A stretch of 64,000 bases of DNA from Vitrella brassicaformis CCMP3155 (Eukaryota > Protista > Chromerida), in assembly GCA_001179505.1 (NCBI GenBank), contig CDMY01000802.1, positions 186,001-250,000 of the forward strand, given 5' to 3'. The position numbers were made by a program, and so were the translations under genes. The notes under the pieces are model-generated. The model ran no database searches and had not been told where the DNA came from. It worked only from the letters and a program-made list of their open reading frames with translations. Each line of letters starts with the position of its first letter. Positions within the stretch are counted from its first letter, which is position 1. Positions 37,477 to 50,384 of this stretch are shown here, piece by piece.

Positions 37477-40400
37477 CACAGACAGAGAGGGAGGTCCTCA
37501 CCTCACAGCGGTTCTGCCATCGTGTCTTGTGGTTGTGTGACTGTGTTGGCAGTTCATATGGATTCCCGCGATAGTGTCGATAGCCATGGGGTCTGCGTGG
37601 ATCTTGCGCGAGGCGGAGGCCAACCCCCGGACACTCTACGCCAAACCCACATCAGACGCCATGAGCGTAACCATCACACACGCACACGCGACTGGCGGGC
37701 ACAGATGTGGTCTCACGTGTGCGATTTGTGTTGGGTTGTGTCTGTTGATTGACGGACGTCTATTATCAGGACCTGGCCTTGATCCAGGAGAGGTATGGCG
37801 ACTGGCCGCGTGTGACGTTCCTGCTGTTTGTGGGGGAGGATGGCAAGAACCTGCTGGACGAGGACGTCCTGTACAGGGCCAACCAAATGGTGGAGGGGCT
37901 CAACAATCGCAATGTCACTGTCAACGGCAAGGAATACCCCTTCGATGAAGTCTGCGTCAAGGGTACGTGATTGGATGGATGGGTGTGGGAGTGAGTGAGG
38001 CCATCCATCGTCATCCAACGCTCCAACAGACACCCACCCACCCACCCACCCAGCCACCCTGTGTGTCCATTGATTGATACAGACGGTACTGACGGGTGTA
38101 CGATGGAGAACGTGCTGCGTATGTACAATGGCCGCTGGGCGAACAAGACCGCCGAGGAGCGCCCCCTCGACTGGCCCAACCATGATAAATACGTATTGCA
38201 GCAGGGCATCAACTGGCCCGTTGACGTCTTCCTCAAACCCCGTGGCACCGACAACAACGGGACAACAATCGACAACGTATCAGGTATGCATTAGCCGGCC
38301 GACACACCGACACAATCCTATGACGTCACAGCGTCACCCTGTGTATGTGTGTGTGTGTGTGATCGCAGCGATGTTGTTTCGTTGGTCGCTGCGAGACGAC
38401 ACCTCCGACATGTCATCCGAGAAGCGCGCAGCGTCAATGGCGTGGGAGCAGGAGTTCCTCGACGAGGCCCACCATCATTGGAAGGACGAATTCAAGAAAC
38501 ACAATGTCTCCATCTACGCAAACGCACGACGATCCATCGGTCGGTCCGCACGGCAAGCTCTCAACCACACATGAAGAGGGAGGGAGGGACAGTGACGGAC
38601 AGCCTCTCTCTCTCTTTCCCTCCCTCTCTGTGTCTGTGTGGCTTGGTGGTGCAGATGACGAGCTGAAGGCCAGCACGACACTCGGCTTTGCGGAGCTTAT
38701 CCGCCTCTTCCTGGCCGGAGTGATTGTCTTCTGCTACGCCGCCGTGGCCAACTTCTCATGCGACCAATCCAAGACCAAGTGAGACGAGGACACGCACACA
38801 CACACACAATCCTTCCCTGCCGTATGTTTGGTGTTGTGTGTCTGGCTGTCTGCAGGACGTTTCCGGCCCTGATGGGCTGCCTTGCGGCTCTGTTGGGTTT
38901 TTTGCTGGGGTCCGGTCTGTGCTACGCGTGTGGGATGAAGCACGTGCCGCCGGCCGAGGCGACGCCATTCCTGGTGCTGGGTGTGGGGGTGGACGACATG
39001 TTCGTCATCATGAACAGCTACGCACTCGCATTCCAGTCATCCTCACCCAGAGAGAGGTGCCAACTCGCCATGAAGGACTGCGGTAAGTATGGCACTCAGA
39101 CTCCCACACACACGGGGTGACGTGATGGCGGGTGTGAGAGCTGTGTGTGTGGTGTGTAGGTATCTCGATCACGATCACCACTCTGACCAACCTGATCGCT
39201 TTCGGTGTCGGCGCGGCCAGCCCCTACTACGCCATCGTCAACTTCTGCATCATCACTGCCGTTGCGCTCGCCATGGTGGGTGCAAACACACACACTCACA
39301 CACCAGTGCATCGCAGCACTGATTGGCTGGTCGTCGTGTTGCGTGTGTGTGTCACCAGGGTTACGTGCTGACGCTGACATTTTTCGTGGCCATCCTGTGT
39401 CTGGATTGCCGCCGCGAGGCCACCCAGCCGCCCCAGACCTTCTTCCTCGCCACCTACTTCGACGGCTGCGGCCTCAGATGCTTCTCACGCAAGTCCACGC
39501 GCGACGACAGCACACGTGCAGACACGCACCGCACCAGCAGCACCGGCCACGGCAGCAGCTCCTCGAGCCGGCGCACCTCCCAGACATCCACAGAGGCCGG
39601 GGCGGGTGAGGTGGCGCTCACCTTCGTCAACGACGAGAAGGCCAGCTTCACCCAGCCAATGCATCCCGTCAGGCGATCGGCCAGCTGGCAGCCGGCCGGC
39701 GTCAAGCGGTACCCCACTCGCAAGGAGATGAGCACCTTCCAGCTCGTGGCACACCAGCTGCGGGACCAGGAGAAGAACATCCGCCGCCGTCGGCCGAGGG
39801 AGGGGGAGGTGCACGAGGAGACGTGCTGGGAGTGGTGGTTCCACACGCACCTGGAGGACCCCAGCAACCCCGCCCGGCGCGTGCCGAGGGGCAGCCGCGA
39901 TGTGTCGGACGGCAAGGGCGGCCAGCGGCTGCCGTTCAAGCTGTGGTGGGAGGAAGACCCCAATGTGACCAAGTACTTTGAGTTTGAGGAGCCTAAGGGC
40001 AACGTCGGGCGGTGGTCGCGCAAGTTCTTCCGCAGTGTGTGGGGGCGGCTCATCACCGTGCCCGCCTTCAAGGTCAGCCAGACAACCAGGGAGGGAGGGG
40101 GAGAGGGAGGGGAGCTCATGATGTGTGTGTGTGTGTGTGTGTGTTGTGCAGGTGCTGGTGGTGCTGATGTGGTTTGGATACCTTGCCATAAGTGGCTGGG
40201 GCGACTCCAACGTGACCATGGGCCTCAACCTCCTCGAACTCACGCCGTTCCAGTCCTACTACCGGGTGAGTACCTGACCGACAACGAGAGCGACGCACAC
40301 GCCGCAACAGAATTGCCTCATGTAAATATGCATGAGTGCAGGAGTTCTACGATGAGTTGTTGGATCGGTTCGACACGTACGGCGAGCAGGTCATGGTCAT

Positions 40401-41138
40401 CTTCCCGGAACCGCATGAGTGGTGGAGAAACGAGGCCAGGGTCAGTCCACACCACACCACACACAACCGTAAGTATCGATGTGTGTGTGTGTGTGTCTGT
40501 GTCAACAGGAGAACTACAAGCAGCTTGTGCAGCGTATCAATGAGAGTGACTACGTCTCCAAGGGCCCCAACAACATGCTCGACCCACTCCGCATCTTCGA
40601 GGAACAGGGGGGACCGTTCGGAACAAAGAATCCAAACCTTGCCAACTACACCAACGACCCGACGCTCTTCATGACCGAGTAAGCTTACACAGACACTCTG
40701 GCGAGAGAGACGAGACGAGGGACATACCACACAAATTGCCCACGCGACCGTGCGTGTGTGCGTGTGTGCAGCCTGAAGAGATTCCTAGGAGGAACAGGTC
40801 GCTACCTCTCCACCGAGTTTAAGTTCTCAGGCGACAACCGTAAGCTTGCAAGCATCCCGCTTCACGTCACATGCATGCCTTATCCATCCGTTTATCTCTC
40901 AGAGACGATTGAGAGCTATCGCATGACGTTCTTCGCCAAGTCGGGGGTCAACGGTCTGAAGCTCATGGAGGGGTCGCGCGACGACTGCCGCAAGGCGTCT
41001 GAGGCGAAGGCGGGGGCGATAAAGTGTCAGGCGTTTGGCGAGTACTTCATCTACTACGAGAGCGACGCCACCATCCTGTTCGACACCTTCCAAAACATGG
41101 GATGGGCACTGCTGGCCGTACTCATTGTGAGAGCACCA

Positions 41139-41177
<39 letters not shown>

Positions 41178-44100
41178 TCTCATGTGTGTGGCTGGTTTGT
41201 GTGTGTGTGTTTGTGTGTGTAGGTGTCGATCTTCCTAATGCACCACTGGCAGTGTTGGGTGTTGGTCATCTTGATGATACTGAGTATCGACGTGGGCCTG
41301 TTCGCCTTCATGAAATTCTGGGGCCTCGACCTCAACATGCTCACCATGGTCAACCTCATCATCTCAATCGGTATTACGAAACACCCACACACCCACAAAC
41401 GCCTCAACGAACACACAGAGGGGGAGGGAGGCAGGAGCGTCATGTGTGTGTGTGTGTGTGCGATTGCAGGTTTCTCGGTCGACTACACCACCCACGTGTG
41501 TCACACATTCGCACACGCGACGGGGCCCACCAAGAATCACAGGTGAGGAGGCAGCCATCCATCCATCCATCCATTCATCCATCAATTGGCCGTGTGTGTG
41601 GTGTGTGTGGTTTGTTGATGTGTGCAGGGCGAACGAGACGCTGGTGTTGATGGGCAACGCCATTTTCCACGGCGCCATCTCGACCTTCCTCGCCATCGTC
41701 CTCATCGTCACAGTCGACTCGTTCATATTCGTCGTCTTCTTCAGAATGATGACACTCGTACGCCATTGACACACACACACGCATACCAACACGCACGCAC
41801 ACAACACCCTCCTCCCTGTCTGTGTGTCTGTGTGCCTGCAGGTGCTGTGTTTCGGCTTCCTGCACGGCCTGATCATCTTGCCGGTCATCCTGACGTTCTT
41901 TGGCCCCCTGGACAACCTCGAGACCACTCTCAAGGGCGTGCCCACCTCGCTCAGCATTCAGGACGCTCTCGACAGAGAGGCCTCCCCGGTCGAGGCCGGC
42001 AACAGCAGCTACTACCACACCGACGGCAACCGTCTGTCGCCCATCGAGGAAAGCCCCATCGACAGCAACACCGTCAAGGAGTTTAAGCCACACGAATCTA
42101 CCAACCGCGGCCCCGCCACCACAGTGCACCAGATGGCGCCCTTCACCAAGAGTGGCGTCTCCGACACGTCGTCCATCTTCAACTCGGGGGTGGCCAACGT
42201 CTTCGACACGGTCAACGCCTTCAACACGCGGCAGCTCGTGAGCTTCGCCCTCGCGCCCCCGCACACCAAGACCATGAGGGAGCCCTCACCAGGCACCCGA
42301 TGCGGCAAACGCCTGACCGCCGCCACCGCCCAAGACACGGACAACCAGTCTGTGTGGATGTCGGCCAACTCGACAGCAGGCAACAACGGGGCGGGAGTGC
42401 AGGTGGTCTCGCGAGGCGCCACCAGCGCCCACGCGAAGCTGGACCGGGGCTTCCAGACCTTCCAGACGGCCGTGAGCGAGGTGGAGGAGGGCTCCACCCC
42501 GGTGCTGGGCAGCTTCTACGTGCTGGGTGGTGAGATCTACCACGACTGCTTCCCCGCCCTGCCCGACCAGCGCACCCCATTCTACGCCGGCAAGATCCCC
42601 CGCTTCCGCACCATGAAGACCGGCGAGAGGGACCTGGGGGCCGCCCACAACAAGGCCGGTGGCGGGCTGTTCCTCGACAGGCGTCTCGAGCTCATGAACG
42701 GGAGCAGAGCGGCACCCGCTGTGGAGCCCGAGGCGATCGTCACCCATGACATGGCCACTGGCCCGGCCGCAATGGCCAGCCCCATGGGCGGCCTCTCACG
42801 ACAGACGTCGAGCCTCAAGGCCATCAAGAAGCGCATCAGAGCCGTAAGAAGACCAAAGGGGGGCGAAGGGAGAACAAATGAGTATTGTCGTGTGCGTCAT
42901 TTGTTCAGAGCACGGAAGCGGTGGTCAAGGAGGAGATCTTCCTGCGGAGCGAGACGGGGCGGCTCACCCGGCAGTCGACCCAGCAGACGAGCCACCCCAT
43001 GTCGCCCCTCTCACCCCTCGAGCGCGAGCACAGCATGGCGCGACGCAACTCGTTCGCACGGAAGCTGTCCCGGCAGCTGAGCAACTTCTCCCGCCGCCTG
43101 ACGCGCAAGCAGTCGATACCCCCCACAAAGGAGGCCGAGCGCGAGGTGTCGCCCGTGAGCCAGGTGTCGATGCCCTCGCCCTACCCCCAGATGGTCACCT
43201 GGCCGGCCTGCTGGCCCGTCCGCGGCACCGACCTTCGACGGCCGGGGTGGGAGAGCGAGAAGGGATGCACCATTCCTGCAGTCAAAGTGCACAACATGGT
43301 ACACACACGCAGACAGACAGAGAGACACACACACAGAGAGAGAGAGAGAGAGAGGGAGGGGCGAGGGAGGGAGGGAGAGAGGGAGAGCGCACCAGTGTCT
43401 GATGTATCTGTGTGGGTCCGTGCAGTCGTTGGAGGCGGTCCATAAGCTGGTGCAGATGGCGCAGTCGCCTGTGAGCGAGTGGAAGTTTCAATCCGAGAAG
43501 AATGGCGTCGTGGTTAGCACATATCCCAGAGCACCCCTGCCCCCCACCACACACACACTCATCCATCCATCCATTTGTGTGCAATTGCTCATGTTTGTCT
43601 GTTTGTATGTGTGTCAGCTGGAGCTCAAGACGTTGCCGGATAGCAAGGACCCCGTGATCCGCGGCCGGTACACGATGCGGTCGCCCGGGCTGGACATCCA
43701 CGAGGTCAAGGAGGTCATCCTCGACAGAAATAGCGTCTGGCGGGCCCAGTATGAGTTCTGGCTTTACGAGGCCAGCCAGCACGTCGCACAAGTCGCCGAC
43801 GAGACCTTCCTCACATACCAGGTCAGAAAGAAGACAAGACACACAGACAGACAGGAGCGTGTGTTGGATGGATGGATGTGTGTGTGTGTGTGGTGTGACC
43901 TGTATGTGTAGATCTACAAGAGTTCGATCCCGAGCGACTCCCGGCGTGTGCTCTGCCACATCACTCACGCCGAGATGGTCCGCCCGCACACACACTCAGC
44001 CATCCATGAGACGAGACACCCATTCACCATTTGCTGTATGTGTGTGTGTGATTGTGCAGCTGTCACCGCATCAGTGTGTGGTTGCTGCCGTGGACCTCAA

Positions 44101-44572
44101 GCAGCACATCCCCGACGACCTCCTCGTCACCAAGAAAGAGAAGGCCGTCAGAGCCGAAATCCTGGTCAGTCACACAACACACACACAACACAGATAACAG
44201 AGACACATGCCTCCATCCATCCATCCACCATTGTGTGTGTGTGATTTGCAGCAAGGGGGCCATGTGATCAGCCAGAGCTGCGACGGGACGATCGACGTGG
44301 TGTTTGTGATGCAGCTCGACGTCAAGCCGTTTGCATGGGCACCCAGGGCGGCCGTTAGGGCGGCCTGCGCCAATGTCTACTTCGAGCAGGTGAGAGGGTG
44401 CCTGCCCAATGGGAGGGACCGATAGATAGATGCGTCAATGAACACTGTGTGTGTCTTGTCTTGTGGTGCCTTTCAGGCTCAGCAGCTGTATCGCATTGAC
44501 AACGTCTTGGGCGACGCGCGGGAGATCATGTCCCAGCCGCCCTCGCCCAGGAACTCCGACAGCGACGCCTAG
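37303..44572 (+). CDS. Patched/NPC1-family (NCR1-like) sterol-sensing RND transporter with a cytosolic tail and C-terminal START-like domain
   Basis: SSD motif PFLVLGVGVDDMFVI; ISITITTLTNLIAFGVGA; second TM bundle NLIISIG|FSVDYTTH, GAISTFLA, GFLHGLIILPVIL. Phase-0 splices continue in frame to EWKFQSEKNGV...VRAEIL|QGGHVI...VFVMQLDVKPFAWAP. Stop TAG at 44570-44572. Confidence 0.88.
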
Positions 44573-46948
44573 ACAGACCACACACCACACCACACCACAC
44601 CACAGCAGCACTGATCTATCCGTCCATGTGTGTGTGTGTGTGTGTGTGTGGTGTCCGTCTTGTCTATCGCATCCCGTATTTATGATATGTCGTCGATCGC
44701 AGGCAGGTGTGTGTTGCGTGAGTGTGGATGGATGGAGGGAGGGAGAGATGGATGGATGGATCGCACTATTTTCATTGTATGGTGTGGTTCCCACGTTCGT
44801 TGTGCAGTGGAGTAGCAGCAGCCATCGCAGCAAGCAACTGGAGAGGGATTAAGGGAGGGGAGAGGGTGAGAGTGAGACAGTCGGGATGGCTGCGTCTGGG
44901 CCCAGACACATGCATACATTCGTCGATTGCCCGCCTGCATGTGTGTCGCATATCGTTTGTTTCTGTGTTGTATCTATTATCGTTTCTGTGTGTCTCTCTG
45001 AGTGCGTTTATGGGGTGTGTGGGGTTTTTATGGCTACTGGTTGGTTGGTTGGTTCATTCATTCACTCACTCATCCATCCGTTCGTTTTTGGCGTATGTCT
45101 AGCCAACCAACATGGCGTGCAGGCGGGGCGGGCGGGCGATGGATTGATGCGTGACATGCGCAATACATACAGTGGCTGCCTGCATCTTCACGGCAACTGT
45201 CTGGCGTCTGCTCCTCGAAGCCGTCAGGCTGAGGTTTACGCTCGTCAATGTGTCGTAAGCTCTCGGCCTGGCGTCATCGAGGCCGAGACACCGGACAAAT
45301 GCCTCTCAAGATGCAGCAAGTCGCGAGATGCCATGAGAGAGTGATGATCCATCCATCCGTCCACCCATGTGTGTGTGTTTGTGTAATTCACGTGCTTGTG
45401 AATGAGTGAGTGAGTGAATGCCTGATGGAGCGGAGTGCATTTTCTTTGTTTCTCTGTGCCTGCCTGTGCATCCATCGATCCATTCATTGTGTTGATCATC
45501 CATCCACTCACTTCCTGTGTCCATCCACTGTGTCGGTGTTGCGTATTTTTCTCGTCGCTGTTCGGTCGCCTGTGTCAGTCAGACACACATGAAGGAGAGG
45601 AGCGAACTGGCGGACGGACGGACGGACGAGATCCTTTTTTCCGACACTGTCCATCGTCGATGACCGGTGACATAGATGCAAACATGATGATGCGTGGCCA
45701 GGTGTTCATGCGGATCGACGTGTGCATGCCGTGTGCGTGCCGTGATGTGTCCGTGTACTGCGATGAGACGACAGACAGGGCAGGAGATCGATGACCGACC
45801 GACCGACCGAATGGGCGGCCGGGGTGCCATGTAGGTGTAGGCGTAGGTGTGGGTGAGTGAGATGCGCGAGTGAGCCGCCCCACTAAGACCACGAGCTCTT
45901 TTTTCCGTGGGGCCCTTTGTGCGACTCACTCGGTGTCTGGTTGGCTGTTGGTTAATTGTGTTGGCAGGCGAGGAGGGAGGGAGGGAGGGAGGTTCTTTTG
46001 GGCGTGCATTGGCTGTGGCTTTAGTCGTAGATACCTACCTGCATCGGGTGCCCTGGGTCGGTCGGTCGGTGGGTCTGTCTGACTGTCTGTTTCTTTGTCT
46101 TGTCTGTGGTATAGCATGTAGCATGTAGTGAGTGGATGGGCGGCCGGGTTTCCTTTTATTTTCTTGTCGTGTCCTTTGCAGTCTGTCGTCATACTGCGAT
46201 GTGTCTCTCGTGTGTGTGGTGCGGTAAGCAGCGTTTTCCTTTTCCTGTCTGCCTGCCTTCGTGCGTGTGTGTGTATATACGTGATTTGTGTCGTGCGTGT
46301 CTTTATGAAAGAATGAATGGATGAGTGCATTGCAGTGATAATGAATGAACGAACGACGAGTGCGTGAGTGAACCCCCTTATCTCCCCCCTCCCTCCTCGC
46401 TATGCCTTCGTTCGTTCGTGCAGTACTAATCAGTCAGTGAGTGAGTGTGTGCCCCATGTGTGTGGCCGATGGCTGATCTGATAGATGTATGTATGTGGGT
46501 GCTGTGTGTTTTGTGATTGATCTATTGCTGGTCGGTACGTAGCCGTCTCCCTCCCTGCCTGCCTTGGCTTTGCATTCCTTTGCATTTGTGGCATGGCTGT
46601 GTGTGGACGGAAAGACCGATGGACAGACGGAGGTCAGTCGGTGTAATGCATGTCTTCATTGAGTGACACCTCTTATCGGAGCTGTCAACCAACATTCAAA
46701 CGAACAAAACATCAGAGTATCTGCGTTGGTACTCATCACGAGAGGCACACACACGTCAGTGCTGAGGGGCAGGCAGGCAGGCAGCTAAGCCACACGCATC
46801 ACAGAGACTTGCCAGGTAGGCCCGATTGGCCTACGCTGACGCCGCACGACTCTCTCTTACAAATGAAAATGGCCGCACGAGACACATCAAACGAACAGTG
46901 ACACGAGACACAGACAGACAGACAGACATCGGCCCCACTCAGCCATTA

Positions 46949-48567
46949 CTACCTCAGCACGCGCAGCACTTCTATCTCATCAGCAGTGAACTCCAGCGAC
47001 CCACCCAACACCGCATCGCCATCCTCATCTCTCACTCCCATGTAGCCCTCAGGCAGATACTCGCTGTCGATGTACTGATAGCAGCTGCGGATATCGGAAC
47101 CATCAAACTCACCATCTATAGCAGTGCCATCTCCATCAGCATCAAACCCACTCCAGCCCAACTTCAGATGAGGTGGTTGGCCAACCATTAGCTTCGCTGT
47201 TCCCTGTCCCGTTCCCGATATCGCAAAGTATACATTGCTGTTCCTCTCCGCCAAGCTCACAGACTGCCTCTCTTCGTCGATGTCGATCTTGGTCGGCTTG
47301 TCGAAGTGGCCGGCCAGTGAGAAATACTACAGATCACGGTCCACGCCGTCACTTCTGTAGACGCCGAAGACGTACTTGTCCTTTCTGATAACAAACACGA
47401 GACCCCCCCACCCCACTGAGTCCAGGTCGTCATAGTTGGTGCCCTGCACAGAGTCCCACAGGTCGCCCCATTCAGTGCCGTGAACAGACGTCCTACACAC
47501 ACACACACACACACACACAAGACACACACACAGACACAGAGCCATCTGTCAGCTGTTGGCGTCACGGCATGAGATGTGTCTGTCTACCGGAAGAGTGTGG
47601 TGAGTTCTGTGGTGTCATTGCCCAGCAGGCCGAGCAGCCCCTCGTACTCCGACGCAGACAGCGATGTGCCCTTCGGCGCGGACACCCGCTGCACGTGTAG
47701 CACCTCCATCTCATCCGCATGGAAGAAGTCCGACCCGCCCAGATAAGCAGGATCGCCATTGCTATCCCCCTCCCCCTCCCCCGTGTAGCCCTCAGGCAGA
47801 TAGTGGCCCAAGGTGTACTGATGGCAGCTGCGGATGTCGGCTGCCGGCCGGTCACTGCCCTCGTCCTTACCCAAATACAGCCGCCCACCGATGACCACAT
47901 TCGCACCCCACACACTCCCCTCCCTCCCCGCCACACGCACATTCTGCTCCGCTCGGATGATGTCGACCTTGGTCGGCTTGCCGAAGTGACCCGCCAATGA
48001 GAAATGCCACAGATCACAGTCGTACCAGTGCCAGTCGGTCGGGTCGTCGGGTAAGAAGGCCGCAACAAGTACCAGTATCCAGACCGCAATTGATGTACGC
48101 GCCGAAGACGTACGGACATCAAACACATACAAATACTTGTCCTTCCTAATAACAAACACGAGAGGCATTGCATCGCCCACATTGTCCAGCATATCGCCGT
48201 AGGTGGTGCCATGCACAGACGTCCTACACACAGACACACACACACACACAGAATCTGCCCATCAGCTGTCACATGACCCATCCCAGCACTGTTGGCATGA
48301 TGCGTGTCTACCGGTAGAGTGTGGTGAGGTCTGTGGTGTCATTGACCAGCAGGCCGAGCAGCGCATCAGACTCCGACGCAGACAGCGATGTGCCCTTCGG
48401 CGGTGAGGCCTCCTGCACGCGACGCAAGTGGATCTAAACACACGAGTCATCCTCTCACACATCAAATGAAATGAATGGATTGATCGTGTTACCTGTTGGG
48501 CGGGCCTTGCCTCAACAGACGTTGCCACGCAGAGGATCAGCAGGACAGTCACTGCCCGAATCGCCAT
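46949..48567 (-). pseudogene. Signal peptide + two tandem TLDc domains; the second domain has an in-frame TAG at 47327-47329
   Basis: MAIRAVTVLLILCVATSVEARPAQQ | GTSLSASESDALLGLLVNDTTDLTTLYR | TSVHG...FHADEMEVL-linker-GTSLSASEYEG | TSVHGTEWG...DRDL*YFSLAGHFDKPTKI...FTADEIEVLRVLR*. Paralogs have W at the stop position. Confidence 0.8.
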
Positions 48568-48783
48568 GAAGTGAACTGGACGATAGCAGTCAACAAGTCT
48601 TCTTATTGATTTCTAAGGTAGCAGATGAACAAAGGCAGCGTCTGAAGTCAACAAGAAGACAGGAAGACAAGGCAGACAGACAGGGGGAGAGACCAGGCGA
48701 GGAGGGAGGGCTCTCTCTCTGTCGGGGTCTGATCGAGGCTGCCGCTTCCAGATTTCGAGTGGGTAAACCTTGGAGTGGTTGTG

Positions 48784-48952
48784 ATACGCTCGGCGGGCTC
48801 CGCTCCCACGGGGTCGCGCCGACTGCACGTCGTCGCCCAGCCGTCGTCATCCATCCCAGCCGACACTCTAACTGCCGTCTTCGCCGATCTCATACCGCGT
48901 AAAGGTGGCAGGGCCCAATCCGGTCCCATGCCCGTGCACGTGTCGTGCCCTC
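48784..48952 (-). repeat. Split direct repeat B2 (169 bp)
   Basis: Identical to 49110-49278 (atacgctcggcgggctcc...gtgtcgtgccctc). Confidence 0.97.
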
Positions 48953-48967
48953 GGGGGACCGGCGGGT

Positions 48968-49109
48968 TGGGTGGGTGGGTGCGAAAAATCACGGAGAGCG
49001 CTTGTCCTGCCAAGCGCACCTGCGAGCCGGAGACGGTGTGTGTCGATCGGTCGCTCCCGCCCGCGGCGCGTATGTACGCGATCGCTGCGCTACGCACGCG
49101 TACGCTACC
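48968..49109 (-). repeat. Split direct repeat A2 (142 bp)
   Basis: Identical to 56430-56571 (tgggtgggtgggtgcgaaaaatc...cgtacgctacc). Confidence 0.97.
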
Positions 49110-49278
49110 ATACGCTCGGCGGGCTCCGCTCCCACGGGGTCGCGCCGACTGCACGTCGTCGCCCAGCCGTCGTCATCCATCCCAGCCGACACTCTAACTG
49201 CCGTCTTCGCCGATCTCATACCGCGTAAAGGTGGCAGGGCCCAATCCGGTCCCATGCCCGTGCACGTGTCGTGCCCTC
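49110..49278 (-). repeat. Split direct repeat B1 (169 bp), abutting A2
   Basis: Identical to 48784-48952. Confidence 0.97.
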
Positions 49279-49404
49279 CCAAAGGGCCAACGGTAGCGCG
49301 GTATGAGAGAGGAGTGGCAGTTAGTGTGTGGGAGGAAGCGTAGTATTCGTTTCACGCAATTCTGGTTGTCCCGTCGAGTTGTTAGCCCCTACCTGTTGCT
49401 TGCA

Positions 49405-50384
49405 ATGTCGGCGCCCTTTTGCCCGACTCCTCGGCCGCCATCGCTCGGCACGCTGCCGCGTCCGTGTCGTTTGGCCCATCTCGCCCGTCGTGTCGTGGAC
49501 TTCGGGCCGTGCAAGCGGTTCTGTCAGACGTCCGCCCTAGTGACCGGTGAAGGACACCGGCTTATGTTGAATACTCTCGATCTGCTACACGAGGTATGCC
49601 TGTGCGTGTCGTGTTGTCGGTCCGTCAAGTGTGTCTCGTGGTTGTCTCAGAGCGGGTACTCGATGAGTGATATCGTCTATATCTTGGCGCAAGCCGCCTG
49701 CCAGCTTGACGAGTGTTTCAGACTCTTCCGTCCCGGCGGTCAGCGAGAGCGTATGCTGGCTTGTCTTGTGCATACCTTTCTTGCACATTGCTTGCTTGAA
49801 GACGAGACTCTCTCGCTTTCGACCTGGTATACCCGTCTGGTAAGTATGGCCCCGTCTGGCGCGTATGGCTGTAATCGCTGGGCTACACAGCTTGAATCGC
49901 TGCTTCACTGTACTGTGTATTTCAGGCAACTTCCTACTGCTCATTGTCTACTTTCGAGAAGTCTTCCTTCCGCCTGTTAACGCTTCAGAGCTGTCGTCTG
50001 TATGTGGCCGATGAGATCGTATTGGCACGGGCCGCGTACTTTCGATGTAATTCCTCCTGGCACGACCCGTCCCTCATTGTTGTTCTTTCGTATTTCCCTT
50101 ATGCAGTCGACAGGCGGGCAAGGCCGCCGGAGGCTGACGGGGATGATGACCTTATGAGCACGGGTCTAACGGTAAGATTCCACCCTTCGTGCGGAGACAC
50201 GTTAGTTAGACAAGCCTGTCATTCAGGTGTCTGTGATTGGTCCCTTCGGTCGAAGCCTGCCGCTCTTCAGCGATGCGTAAAGGGGCTGCTATTTTGGTGT
50301 CGCGCTTGGCGGCAAAAAGAGCGTCCGTGGGTAGAGGGAGGTGACCTGCATAGATTGACGGTAACCGGGTGCAACAGCGACTGA
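49405..50384 (+). CDS. Intron-containing passenger gene inside the element (helical, possibly cyclin-box-like alveolate family); 3' end uncertain
   Basis: GT-AG introns 49594-49650 (gtatgc..ctcag) and 49840-49925 (gtaagt..ttcag) splice to LNTLDLLHE|SGYSMSDIVYILAQAACQL..LVHTFLAHCLLEDETLSLSTWYTRL|ATSYCSLSTFEKSSFRLLTLQSCRLYVADE. Family assignment is from recalled motif pattern only. Confidence 0.6.

Noticed and set aside
44573-46900. Short ORFs rich in CVCV/HTHT/MDGW peptides here and throughout the window
   Set aside because: They are translations of (GT)n, (CA)n, (GGAT)n and (GACA)n microsatellites in introns and UTRs.
47327-47329. In-frame TAG as stop-codon reassignment or readthrough
   Set aside because: TAG is used as a normal terminator here (e.g. 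44570-44572), and this TLDc domain also has a deletion, so nonsense decay is simpler.
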